DNA of 64,000 nucleotides from Microbotryum violaceum (Eukaryota): NCBI GenBank assembly GCA_001244265.2, contig CDLV01000016.1, positions 372,001 to 436,000 of the forward strand, read 5' to 3'. Shown piece by piece: positions 25,530 to 37,929 of this stretch (position 1 is its first letter; each line of letters starts with the position of its first letter). The notes under the pieces were generated by a model. It saw only the letters and a program-made list of their open reading frames with translations, ran no database searches and was not told where the DNA came from. The position numbers and the translations under genes were made by a program.

Positions 25530-27300
25530 CAGAGGTTAAGAAAACACAACACGAAGTACAGCAAAGAAACAAAATCCATTCATCTTACATTCATCGCCGA
25601 AACAGCCTGCATGTCGCTTGTTGCCGGACTTGGCTTCGAACACTCGTGCAATGAGATCCGGACGGTTGCATGCTTTATCGGCCCCGGTGCAGCCTTGATT
25701 TCCGGTGAGTCGGGGTCGTACGTCATCGTGATGAGCAGCGGAGGCTTTGCATGTTTGACAACGCACGCCATCGCATCCTGGTATCGCTGCGTGATGTCGC
25801 GCGGTCTATTCTTGAACGTCGAGCCCAAGGTCATCGAACGTCCAATTGGGTTCGGGGCCAAGCCGTTGATGCCTTGGGTCGTGGTGAGGTGTAGGTTCTC
25901 TTGATGCACCGGATGTGTAGAGTCGATCGGTCTCGACTTGGAATATATCCATAAATCACAGACTCCAGGAAGGGACCGTGGGTGCAATGCGGGATTGAGA
26001 AGTACTCGTCGCCTTTGGCAAGTAGTGCGCAAAGAATTGTGAACGCGAGACTCGCCACCTCGACCCCTTTACTGGACCTTTGTCCTAGGTGTTCAAAAGT
26101 TCAATGTCAGTCTGTGCTTGCGCCTTAAACAGAATTGAACATCAGAGAAAGAGCCGAAGACGCGTACGTTCGCCATCACCATCCTCTTCGTCCCCTTCCT
26201 CGCGGTCTTCATCCTCATCATCGCGGTCTTTGTCCTCCTCGTTCGTCATCCAGACCGAGACCGGAAGTACCTCGCGCAATTGGACACCATTGTCGATCTG
26301 CTCTCGGATTCTGGCGATGGGCGGCCCGGCTTGGTGGAACCCGCAAAGAGGAGTGTTGAGGTGGGAGCTATTTTCCTCTGCGGCGAAGAGTGTTGGGTAC
26401 CGGAGAGGCATCGCAGACGGATGGAGCGAGCTGACGACTTGGTACTTGGGTCGACCATCGGGACATCGATGACTGTGCACCTGGACAATAAGTTCTTGCG
26501 GTCCACGATCTCCCGTGTTGGTGTCGGAATCGCAGATAAGCATCGTCATTTCCGTGCTCGGCGGAGGAAGGTTGTGGGTGCGTCGGTCTCGGCCTGGTGG
26601 TAGACAGAGGCGCAGGACCCACTCTTTGGCTGTATCCCAACCCGCGCGGGCTTTGGCCGATGCGAACTCCTTCACAAAGCGGTTTCCGGTACGCGGACTC
26701 GAGCTTGGTCAAAGTAGGCCTTTGTATGCGACTGCCTGCGCCGTTGAGTCCAAGTCGAGTGTCGGTGGCGGCTGGGTCGATCAGCTACGTTTGAGCAAAG
26801 GCTGGAGCGTTGATTGACGACAGGGATCTGGACGCCGAGTCGAGGAGTAAAGCCGATCAAGCACGCGAAACACGCGGGGTCCTAGAATGCCCAGTCGAGT
26901 CTGGTCAAAGTGAGCAGCGAGCAGAGTCAACGACAACGCGTTGTTGTACGACCGGGCGTTCTCGCGCAATGCTATAGCTTCTGTGTGCGTGGGAACATTC
27001 TTGCACAGTTCAGCATGTGGGTCTACTGCAGACGACGGTTGTTGGACGGAGCAACTGACCGTTATCCGAGCCTTCACGTAGCTGTCGACACTCGGGATTG
27101 TGCCGGAGAGGGGGAGGTAGCTGCACCTTGCCTCGCGAAAACGTGGGGCTTGAGGAGTTCGAGCGCGATTCGAGGCCTGCGCGCTCGCCTTTGCGCGCCT
27201 TTGCGCAGGAGGATGTGGTGGTGGGGTGAGCTCAACGTGCTGCTCATTCTACAAAGCTGTACGGGGGGCGCTCATTCGGGTCGCAACACCAAGATCGGTT
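25530..27300 (-). mobile_element. Decayed Helitron Rep/helicase N-terminal fragment
   Basis: Frameshifted pieces RENARSYNNALSLT, GPRVFRV, RTHNLP..EMTMLI..GDRGPQELIV, HPSAMPLRYPTLF and GRSMTLGSTFKNRPRDITQRYQDAMACVVKHAKPPLLITMT. These match Helitron Rep motifs (YQDAMA..R..GKPDLFITFT). The fragment is truncated before the helicase. Confidence 0.9.
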
Positions 27301-27753
27301 GAGTTGTTGTTAATCACGCGCGGGGAGCTGATTCTGTTGATCGGAGCGGGACGAAGAGGAGAGTCGAGCAGCGGGGCGCGAGTGTAGCTCGCGCCCGAGA
27401 CTTACTGACACAGACTCACACCGCCAGCGCGCCGCATCACGTGACAGACGACACAGACGTCAGACGTCAGATCGTTAGACGCCAGCCCTCGCGTCGCGCG
27501 TCAGGCGGAGCTCTGCTGTAGAAGCAATATCATGCAAAGCCACGCGCTTGCGGTTCATTAAATGAAATATGAGTGGAAGCATTGGTTTATGTCAGCGAAG
27601 AAAAGAAAAAAAATACTGGGAGCGCTGTAGCTTCGTTGGAACGGCGCGGAAAATACAAACGTCACCACAGCGCTTGTACATGACTTCTGATCGGAACATG
27701 GACACCACAGGCAGGTGCGGCAGACACAACAGTATGCTGGTACATCCACCACA

Positions 27754-27778
27754 GGCGGCCCTCCGGGCCGCCACCTAG
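27754..27778 (+). other. Helitron-type 3' terminus (GC hairpin + CTAG|T)
   Basis: GGCGGCCC-TCC-GGGCCGCC perfect 8-bp stem, then ACCTAG followed by T. Confidence 0.6.
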
Positions 27779-28138
27779 TTAAAAACAGCGATTTTAGGTA
27801 CATTCCTTAACTCAAACTTTTTTTTTACTAGTTACTAGTTAGGGTAAATTGGTAAACACACCTTTCTTCCGGAGCAAACGCACCAAACTTGCGCGAAGAA
27901 TGCACCATTTGTAAGTGAACTTTGCACCTTACTACCTGGGTAGATGCGTCAAGCTTCGGGAGTAAACGCGCGCGCGTAATTGATAAATGCACCATTTACT
28001 CGCGGCATTATGTATGGATGCTGAACTCATTCCCGATGGGGTAATTCGGGCCGAGCTCCCCTCACCTCGCGCACGCGTGCTCCTGCTGACCTTTCACTTG
28101 TTCGCAGCCGCAAGCGCTTGCTTCTGTGGTGTAACAGC

Positions 28139-29992
28139 ATGTCTCCCTCTTCAACGATACCGCTTTTCCACGACGAGCGACCACTAAAACGGCGGCGAGC
28201 CAACTCGTTCGACAAAGCACCGTCGACACCGCTTGTTCTATCTCCTGCTCCTGGCCCATTGTCAGCTCTCACCACGCCCCCACTTTCCAAGCCCCGAAAA
28301 TCTTACTACCACCTCATACCCACCCCCCTGAACCCCCTCACCGCCCCTCCCACTAGGCCCATCGCCTTCCAACAACCGCTGCATCTCACCTCCTTTTCCT
28401 ACTCCCCCACTCGTCAACTCTTGCTCACCCCTCAAGACCGAGATGCTTCCCTGGCGGTGTACACGCCTCCTAGGATAGGCAGTGATTTGAATACGGGCTT
28501 TGAGCAGGCCGTCTGGAGGGATGATTCAGGGGATGAAGGGCTCGATGCCTTGTTGGACACGCAAGCTTTTTTCTTCGGGGCTAGGGCCTGGAGGTGGAAA
28601 TCTTTGACTGACCTTGCAGCTCCACGCGCAGACTCCAACACTACGTCGAGTCCGATCCAGCAGGAGCAGCGGGGGAGATGCTCGACAAGGTCAACATCAT
28701 CACTTGGAGGGGAATGATCACCAAGCTATTGCTCGCTGTGTACGAGGTCGAAGCGGCACACAACGACGCTGCCAATTCAAGAAGGACACGAGCCGAAGGA
28801 TGGGAGATGAACGTCATGCTATTAGGCGTGGGTTCGGGCATGCGTCATCAGGAGAGCAATTCGACTTGTCTCACTCGACTGATTTTGTTAAATATTGTCG
28901 GGTGCACCAGAATACTCTCTATCTCGAAGAATCGAAAACGCCCGCCCGGCTCGAGGCCAAAGCCGCTTCGGAAAAGTCTTACCTTCGACAATCCTACTAC
29001 GGCTACTCCTTCGAAGCCTTCTCGACCCGATCACCCCAATCTACCTCCTCTTATACGAGCCCCACTTTCGAAACCCCGAACACGAATGTGCAATGGTGTT
29101 CGATCGTCAAGACCAATTTTGGAGGGTTTAGGATGTTCCTTGGTGGAGAAGTTGATTGTCTTCGTGCGGGGTGGACGGAAGCCGATCCGATAAGGACGGA
29201 CGATTTCGTCGAACTCAAAACTAATATAGTCATTTCGAGTCAGAGGGATGAGATGATGTTCGAGAGGTAAATAGGGAGATGTTGGTTGTTGCGTGGGTCA
29301 GCAAGTGCTGATGAGCTCCCGTCCCTTCGATCGTCAACAGGCAAAAGCTTCTCAAGCATTATACCCAATCATGTGAGTCCCAAAGGTATCGTTTGACAGG
29401 CTTCCCGTGTCCCACCGACCTGACTCACTGATACCGTTGTTCTCGAACACAGTCCTCCTCGGCGTCCCGACCATCATCGTAGGTTTCCGCACTCGCACCG
29501 GCCATCTGACGGCCCTGCAGTCCTTCAAGACACTCGAGATACCTCGATTGTACGTCACGTCATATTTCTTACCTCCTCGAGTCGGTGCGACACCAGGCCT
29601 CGACCGATGTATTCTAATTTGTCGCGTGTCACCTTTGCAGAGTCCGAAACAAATCCCACGCCTGGTCCCCAACGACCTCCCTCACATCAGCGTTCGATCT
29701 CATCCAATTCATCATTTCCACCCTTTCATCCGACGAGAATAACCAAGCAGCCGAAGAAGAGTTCAAAGTCAATGGGAAGATCCCTGGGCAAGAATGGCCG
29801 GTTTGGAGGATGAGGTTCAGGCCTTTGGAAGAAGGACGAGGAGGTGGAGGTGTTTTGGAACTTGTGCAATTGACGGGGGGCGTGGTTGAAGAGGAGGTCT
29901 TAGGGGGCAAGAAGAAGGAGGAGAGGGTGGGCTTTCTATTGAAGCGCTGGGTCGAGGGGCTGGGGAGGAGGATAGGGGGCACGGGGGCATGA
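28139..29992 (+). CDS. RAI1: Rai1/DXO decapping exoribonuclease; multi-exon
   Basis: FQQPLHLTSFSY, GLDALL, IITWRGMITKLL, YYGYSFE, NTNVQWCSIVKT, LGGEVDC, FVELKTN, KLLKHYTQS and LLGVPTIIVGFR. Confidence 0.92.
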
Positions 29993-30865
29993 AAGGATAG
30001 GGGGTCCGAACGCTGCGTAGCTCCGTATAAATATTCACGGCGAAGGCACTGCATCTGTGTTGGAGGTCGATATCATACAAAACCATGATCCACAGTATTA
30101 GTGATGTCGACGAGAGTGGGCAAGACGGAAAATCCTTAAGGACGCACGTTGACCGCGGCTCGTGCATCATGACGCCAACGTTAACGGTGGAGGTTCCGAA
30201 TCTCAGTTCGAGTGACATGACGTGATTTCCATCGTTCCCAAGAAGGGAACTGCAGTAAAAAGGATTAGATCCTTGAGGTTCAACACTACGACATTTGAAG
30301 GGGATGATGGAAGTAGGTCTACAGCCCCTGTCTGAACAAGAGCCGAGGAAGAATTTGCCCGAATCGGCCGTTCGTTCGGATCCGCATCGAATCGATTTCG
30401 GCCTTTCTTTTGCACCGGTGCCGCACCGCACCACGTCCGTTGGCGGCCGACGCGAGCTAATTTAGCGCGCGTTGATGAGCCTGAGCCACGGGACACGCGT
30501 TCATTTTCCGTTCATTGCGGTTCATTGTCGTCCCGACGCGCGCGTGCTTGTGTTCGCGTCATCGCCTCTCTCCCCGACGCCGCCCAGCGCCGGGCCGTTT
30601 TGAGCGGCTTCGCAAAAGTTCGAAGTTCGGGCCCTTTCTTTCTGCCCTTCCCTTCTTCTTCCCTTCTTCTTCGAACCACCGCCAGGTTGACTTGCGACTT
30701 TTTTCTTGGAGTCGTTTACTTGGGTTCATTCGCTTGAACTTGGTCTACATCGCTACCTCCCCAGGACACTACATTCGCCTGCCGTTGGTAAAGGCCGGAC
30801 ACGCGACAGCAGCTGTTTGCCGCGCCCCACGCCCCCGCCGCCTTTGGCAGTGCAGCCGGGCCGAG

Positions 30866-33841
30866 ATGTCGTACGCGAACCCACCTCGCTCGTCCAGTTC
30901 GACGCGCGAACATGGCGAGCTCCCGGACCCCCAATACCGCGGTCGAGGTCACTTGACCCAATCATCCACGTCGTCGAGCGTCGCCGCACCGGAATACGAG
31001 CTGTCGGCGTACCCTCACCTCACGTCACACGGCGTGTCGTTGAGGGACCAACCTTACTTGCCCTCGAGTTCGACCATGGGCAACCAAGGCGCCACGCACG
31101 AGAGTTCCCCCCTCGCTTCCAACGACCCCCTTTCGGCTAGGGAGACCCTTGTAGGGGATATGGGTGCGGCACAGGACGAATTCCTCGCTCGCGACTACGC
31201 CATGTACTCAACCGACGGGAGCGGCTCCCGTTCTCCGAACCACCGCGCCGCCGCTGCCCAAGCCTCGACCTCGCAAGCGCAGTACACCAAAGGATCGACA
31301 ACCCCCATTCACCCAGGAGCTTCGGTGACGCTGCGAGCCGTCGATTCGGCCGTCTCGTCAACGCAAAGTGATCGAGGAGAAGGTGAAAAAGCCGAAAGGA
31401 GGTATGGTTTGCCTTCGGAAAAGATGAGCGGCTACCGTTCGCCGCGGAACCGATCCCATGAACGTTCGGCCGGTGGACCCAATTCCGGTTTGGGTAATTG
31501 GAGTGGACCGGCTGGATTGGGCGCGAGTCCTTATGGACACCTGGGAGCGGGTGATGGGAGCAATGTGCAGAGCGCGACGAGCTCGAATCAGAATCTCGTT
31601 TACGCCGACGGTCAGTCGGAGCTCGATGGCGACTATGATACGGAGCCGAGGGACTCTGGTTGTGCTGACTCGGAGGGGTGGATGGATCACACAGGCGATT
31701 TCATCAAACCCCCTTCGAACGCGTTTACGCGCACCGTGTTCGCCATCTATGACTCGAGCTTCCTCGTTCGTTGGATCATCTACATCATCCCGCTTCTGGC
31801 CCTCATCTGTGCGTATGAACCAAATTGGACCAGAGCGCCTGGACGTGGGAAACTGACTTGTTCTCTTGGGATTCGCGCAGGGATCCCGGGTATTGTGGGC
31901 TTGACCGTCGCTCCGAAGGCGACAATCTGGGAAGTGCCGCTCCTGTGGTGGTCGGCTTGGCTTTCGATCGCTTGGTGCGGATGGTGGGGAGCCGCTTTGA
32001 GTGAGTCGTTGCTGCTTTCCTGGGTGATGGTATTTCCGCCATACTGACCGTTTTTTCGCCTCCCGTAGCCGCCAGGATTTTGCCCCACTTCTTCCGTCAC
32101 ACGATCGGTGTCGTTGCCCCGGAAATGCAGCACCTCGTTACCTATCTGAAAGCGATCAAGTTCTACGTCGGTACCGCGCTCTGGGCCATGGGTAAGTTAT
32201 GCCCCTGCATGCGCGCTTCCAAACCCGGGATGGGCGTACTGATGCGACACGCGTCTGAATGCAGCCAACTGGGTATCGTTCTTGCCCCTGATCCGCCTCC
32301 ATGCCAGGAGCTCGAATTCGGACTCGACCCTCATCCTGTTGACCAAGGGCCTCTTTGGCATCTTCATCGTCTCCATCATCCTCCTCATCGAGAAGCTTCT
32401 CATTCAGATCATCGCCCACAGTTTCCACAAGAAATCGTACGAGGACCGCATCCTCGAGCAGAAATTCCAAATATCGGCCCTCGTCGCTCTGTACCTCAAT
32501 ACGCGCGACCTTGGTCGATCGGACACTCTCGACGGCGCATTCTCGGGTTCTGGACGTCCTCGGAACCGTCGACAGCACAGCGATCCGACACTGTTGGTCA
32601 AACACGCGCTGCGAGGGGTCAAGAAGGTTGCGCAAACGGCGACGACGGTCATCGGTACCGTAGCGTCAGAGATTGCGGGCGAACAGGTCCTCAAACCAAC
32701 GTCGGCGCAGTCGATGGTCCTCTCGTCGCTGGGCTCGGCGAATAAGAGCAAGCAACTTGGACGCCGAATTTACCTCTCGTTCTGCCCTCCGTACCGTGAC
32801 TCGCTCTTGATCGAGGACGTGTCGCGCTGCTTCCAGAATCGCGAGCAGGCTGAGCGCGCATTCTCGATCTTTGATCGCGACGGGAACGGCGACGCGACGC
32901 GTGACGAGATCGAGATGGCCGTCCTGGACATTCACCGTGAACGTTTGTCTTTGTCCCGCTCGATGCGCGACATCGACTCGGCCGTCGGTCGCCTCGACAG
33001 CATTGTCATGTCGCTGTGGTACGTCGTCTCGATCCTCATCCTCGCCGGTCTGCTCAACGCGAGCTTCAACACCATGATCGCGAGCGCGGGTACGCTTGTC
33101 TTGGGTCTCAGTTGGCTGATCGGCACGACCGCGCAAGAGATCCTCGCTTCCATCATCTTGTTGTTCGTCAAGCACCCTTACGACGTCGGAGATCGCGTCG
33201 ACATTGATGGCGTCCCTTACGTCGTGTTGGAGATGCACCTCTTGTCGACCGTGTTCCGCAACACCAATGGTACCGTCACGCAAGCGCCTCACTCGCTCAT
33301 CAACACCAAGTTCATCCTCAACATCCGTCGCAGCGGGGCGATTAGCGAGCCCTTCGTCTGGGATGTCGCGTTCGAGACCCCTTTCGAAAAGATTGAGCAA
33401 TTGCGCGCTCGCATGCTCGCCTTCGTCGAAGCCGAACGTCGCGATTTCCTCCCCAAGGTCGACATCATGATCAAAGATTTCGAGGAACAGGGCAAGCTGA
33501 CCCTCACGACCGATATAAACTACCGTGGCAATTGGCAGAACGGGGCGTTGAAGGCGCAGAGAAGGAACAAGTTCTTGTGCGCGATGAAGATGGCCATGGC
33601 TGAATTGAAGATCTACGGACCTGGCGATAATGGGGACCCTTCGCCACCTCCTCCTGATCCGACCAAGATCATCATGGTCCCTTTCGTTGACCCAGGCCAT
33701 GAGGAACATTTCGAGGCTACGACGGTGGGTCAGAAGGACACGGCCAAGACTTCAGCGACGAATTTGGCGAGCAAGGCCAACAGCGTCGCGATGGAGTTAA
33801 CGAACCGAAGAGGAATCGTCGATGACGAAGAAGATGATTAA
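30866..33841 (+). CDS. MscS-like mechanosensitive ion channel (Msy1/Msy2 type, with EF-hand)
   Basis: EKLLIQIIAHSFHKKSYEDRI, EF-hand-like FDRDGNGDAT and MscS core LFVKHPYDVGDRVDID..ILNIRRS. Confidence 0.92.
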
Positions 33842-34600
33842 GATACGGGGGATCGCGATGGCGTGAGGAACGAATTGAGGGCGTAGATCCGTTTCTTTCA
33901 TAAAAGCATTCTTCTGACGGCACATAGACGCTCCACTTTATCACGAATAACGAATCCTCTTATTATTTCTTTTTCTGCGTATACCTTCTTTACTTTGATC
34001 TACGACGCCCAGGGGCAGAGTGTGCCCTATGATTTCACCTCTTCTTGTCGACAGTGCTATCCTCCCCGTCTTTCCTCTGCATTTACTCCTTGCACTTTCG
34101 CAATGCACATTGCTCGTCGTCATTCAAACCCGCGGTATGATACAGTTCATGGGATGAGCATTTTGTCAAGAACACGAAAGGCTTGCATTAGTGCGGTGCA
34201 TCCGGACTGGCGAACGTTTCGGCAGCGGTGACTCTTGCCCCGCGGATGCTTGCGGTAAGCCTCCTATCCGAACGGTCCGGCGAGGTGGGAAGTCTGGGCC
34301 ACGGGGAGGAGGTGCTCGGATGTTTTACAACCGTTGCACGAAATTTCGATCTAGGCTATCGGAATTTCCCATCGTCATCTTTCCCACATGCCCATGCTAA
34401 ATGCCAAGAGGGGACGTCCGTTGTTCCTTGTTAGCGCCGGTCACCGTGCGTCCTTCTCAGGATACCGGGCTGTGCGAGGAATGTTTCTCGGCCTCCATTC
34501 GTCGCACCTTTCTCCCCTTCCGCCTCTCTCCCGTTTGCTTCCCTTCTGCGGCATTGGATTTCAGCAAGTCATACAACCAGCCCTGTTCTTTTCGTACAGC

Positions 34601-36180
34601 ATGAAGCTCTCGCTTTTGATCGTGGTCGTGGTGGCCGCGGGCACCACGCATTCGGTCCCGGTTCCTGCGCCGATTTTGGGGATTCCGGTGAGGACGTGGG
34701 TGGAGAGGTTTCCGTTGTACACAGGCACTGACTACTGCCGTACTACTTTACGTTGCGCGGTAGTCCCAATTCACGGGCATCCTCAAGCAAGTTTCATAAA
34801 TCGTTCTTTCCGTCCTCCTGCCTGCGCGCACGGTCCGCTGACTTTGTGTTCGCTGTCACTCCTTCACCGAAGCAGAGAATTCATGCCTGGGAAGGTACGT
34901 GGCTCGAATTAATTTGATGTTGACACAAAGACACTCAGAATGGCTTATACTTGTTCTCCGCCTTCAGCCCGGTTTCTCCGTCGCTACAAAACTCGTCTCG
35001 TAAGTCCGTGGAGATTGGGACCACCGTTGCCAAGCATCGTGTTGACAAGAGTAGTACAGACCCAAGTCTGACCCCCCGTATTTGCTGCTTTTCAAAGTTT
35101 ACTTTCATCAGGAATGTCGGCTTTGAATAAAGGTGCTAAGGCCTCCTCCTCCACCTCCAGTGGGACGACTAGTGTAGGTTCGGGGAGAGCGAGATAAGCG
35201 CCGTCAGGGTTGTCCCAAGAAAGAAGCACTGAAGCCACGCGTCATTAAACATCGATCCACTCTAGAGTCTCGGCTCGCTCATGAAACGAGACTCTCCCGT
35301 CAAGTACAAGAGGGCTTGGTGAGTCGGCTCGAGGTACGCGCACTCGAAAACCCTGCTCTGAACCCCCTTCTTGGCGACGGTAAAGCCCCTTTTTGGCAGG
35401 CTCTTCCGGCCTAGGCTCGGGTTCCGATTCCCTCAAGTCACTTAGTTCATTCATGAAGAAACGTGAGGAGTCCCCCGAATTGGCCAAAAGGTCTTGGTGA
35501 GCTTGTTATGGCGAATCGGACATTCGATCGTTACAACAAGCTAATCGATCTGTGAATGATTAGCCCTTTCTTGGCGGGAGGATCTGCGAAGTTAGGCAGC
35601 GATTATGTGCATACGCTCAGCCGGTTGGTGAAACGAGAAAAAGATGCGCAGGTCGACGAGAGATCGTAAGTCTGCCTGACCGACACTTGCGCATAAAACA
35701 GGAGTGCTTTCCTCGCTTCAGACCTGGCGCTCACGTCTAGCCTTGTGCTCGCTTCACCTACAGTCCATCACCGGAACCTGGGGATCATGTGAAAGATCCA
35801 TCGATATTTAACGTGACACGACGATTATCGCCTTCGGGCTCGGATCTCATCCCCAAGGATCTGAATAGCACGGCGGTCGTAAGCTCGGTGAGTTGAGCCG
35901 TGGCTGGCCTTCTGCAGATATCGAAATAGGACTGACCTGAACATTGATGAGATTACTAGTAACTCGGAGTGTCAATGTACAGCCTCTGGCACTTGGACCT
36001 GGCTATTGCAGTCAGTCGATCAGTGTTCGCGCCCAACAGACTTGCGCGCCAGACCGTCACTTTCCGCCCGCAATGGCTCTCATCCTAATCCCATACTATT
36101 GGATACCATTTCGTTCGGTTCCTTACTTAGCTCAATTATCCTGTAAAGTCGTTTTGTGTATTTTACTCCACCCATCTTGA
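34601..36180 (+). CDS. Secreted protein 1: candidate Kex2-processed repeat precursor; ~10 small exons, 3' end uncertain
   Basis: Signal peptide MKLSLLIVVVVAAGTTHS followed by VP-VP-AP. Manual splicing gives ..LMKRDSPVKYKR-ACPFLAGSSGLGSGSDSLKSLSSFMKKR-EESPELAKR-SCPFLAGGSAKLGSDYVHTLSRLVKR-EKDAQVDER-SPSPEP. Confidence 0.72.
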
Positions 36181-36595
36181 ATCCGGGACTCGTCCGTGAG
36201 ATCGTCCTCACTTGACTGTACGTCGAGGCGTCCTGAAATCCTCAGGGCCAACTCAGTGATCTAGTGGCCTTCTGTCGTCGAGCATTGATAACCGTACATG
36301 CGTCAATGGCCACATGGCCGATATCAAACTCATTCAATGGGTATAGCATGGCTTAGACGCCGATCGGCCCCAGATCACTTGCCCAGGCCTGGTTAAGATG
36401 TACGATCGTCGTCAGAGCGACGCCGTTGCGCAGCGCACGCCCGGCAGCGCACGGTACTTTTCGTCACGGGATAGTTTTTCCGGGGGTCAATGCCTGCGCC
36501 ACAAACCTTATGTCCTCCCCAGCTCGTCGTCTTCTTCCATCACGACTCTAAGCTATCCTCCTTCTCACAGAAGAAACAACGAAACCTCAACCAAC

Positions 36596-37929
36596 ATGAA
36601 AACCTCAGTGCTGGCACTCCCATTGCTCGCGGCGACGGCAGCTCGAGCCGTTCCTCTTCCAGCACCGACGTTTGGTGGCGCAGCCATGTGGGAGTGCGTG
36701 AGAGACCGTTGCTATCGCAGAGAGTGTGAACCAGAGCTAACTTTCGTTTGGTGCCTGAATCACTCAGCCCTATGTTTTGGATGAAGAAATGGGGCAATAT
36801 GTTGGGCGGCGACGCAGGACTGGTCAGGAGCTTTCGCAATCAACGTCTGAAGTTGATCTACGGAGTCGTGGGGGCTGACGTAGTTTGATCATCTTGCAGT
36901 CAGGTATGGGAGATTTGAGCAAATGGGCTAAGTGAGTGATTGTGGACTCGACAATTGGCCTTAGCATTTGCTCACAGTGCCCCCTTAAAATCCCTAGTAT
37001 GTTCTCGCCGACTGGTTCGTCGGGCTCGTCGGACTCGTCGTCATCGGACTCGTCGTCATCGGACTCGTCGTCATCGGACTCGTCGTCATCGGACTCGTCG
37101 TCATCGGACTCGTCGTCATCGGACTCGTCGTCATCGGTAAAAGCTTTTCTTCGTTGAGAGTTTCATGTCCTTGCCTGAATTCTGTATCAATCGTTTTATA
37201 TCAGAGTGGACTGGGAGAGATATCAAAGTGGATTAAGTACGCTCATGATACCCTTAGGTCCGTGAGTTTGCGCTTATCTTTGCTCAAGGAACTCCGCAGC
37301 GCGTTTACACCGACTGGATCTACAAGCAGCCCGACCGATGATTCGACCAGCAGCTCGGGCTCGATCCCAAGCTCCACATCGGAATCTTCATCCTCTTATG
37401 TAAGCTCATTAGTTGGTAAAATTATTCCTTTGGGTTCAACTCATGACTTTCGACCGATCAGACCGACGGAAGTACCGGGACCAGCACAAGCACAGGATCC
37501 GGGGGTGGCTCGGGCTTGGCTGCGCTCGAAAAGATAGCTTCGCAAGTTATGGTTCTGGTCGCTCTGAACATGCATACAACGCTAACGCAAGCTATGCTAC
37601 ACCCCAGTGCATACATGACGGGATCGAAGGGTTCGGGAGCGGATTCAACAGCAAATACTGCGGGTGAATCGACTGGCAGCACTTCTGGCGCGTCCAACTC
37701 GGCCCGGTTAATCAGGGGCCTGAATACCACCCCTCCGACCGGCGGCTCCTCCGGCACGACCGTCTCCAAAGCCGTGGTATCTGGGAGCACTCCGGCGACC
37801 GAGGCCCAACGGGCTAGCAAAGCCAACGCTTTGGCGAGGGACAAGGTGTCGGTGCAGGGCAGAACCCAAAAAGCTGCACTCAATAAGACCACGACGCCGA
37901 CGGTCCCAACGACGGGCACCACGGCTTGA
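36596..37929 (+). CDS. Secreted protein 2: S/T/G-rich with repeated short amphipathic modules; micro-exons
   Basis: Signal peptide MKTSVLALPLLAATAARA followed by VP-LP-AP. Spliced modules MWD|PMFWMKKW, SGMGDLSKWAN|MFSPTGS, SGLGEISKWIN|AFTPTGS and SGLAALEKIAS|AYMTGS. Confidence 0.75.
37029..37137 (+). repeat. Coding 15-bp tandem repeat (TCGGACTCGTCGTCA)x~7 encoding SDSSS
   Basis: Perfect tandem array read directly from the sequence. Confidence 0.95.

Larger units (their letters stand above)
21086..28010. mobile_element. Outer long-TIR DNA element (non-autonomous composite, ~6.9 kb)
   Basis: 21105-21250 is the exact reverse complement of 27847-27992 (146 bp). The match extends imperfectly outward to TAATGCCGCGAG at 21086 / CTCGCGGCATTA at 28010. 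A TA target duplication is plausible. No intact transposase inside. Confidence 0.9.
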
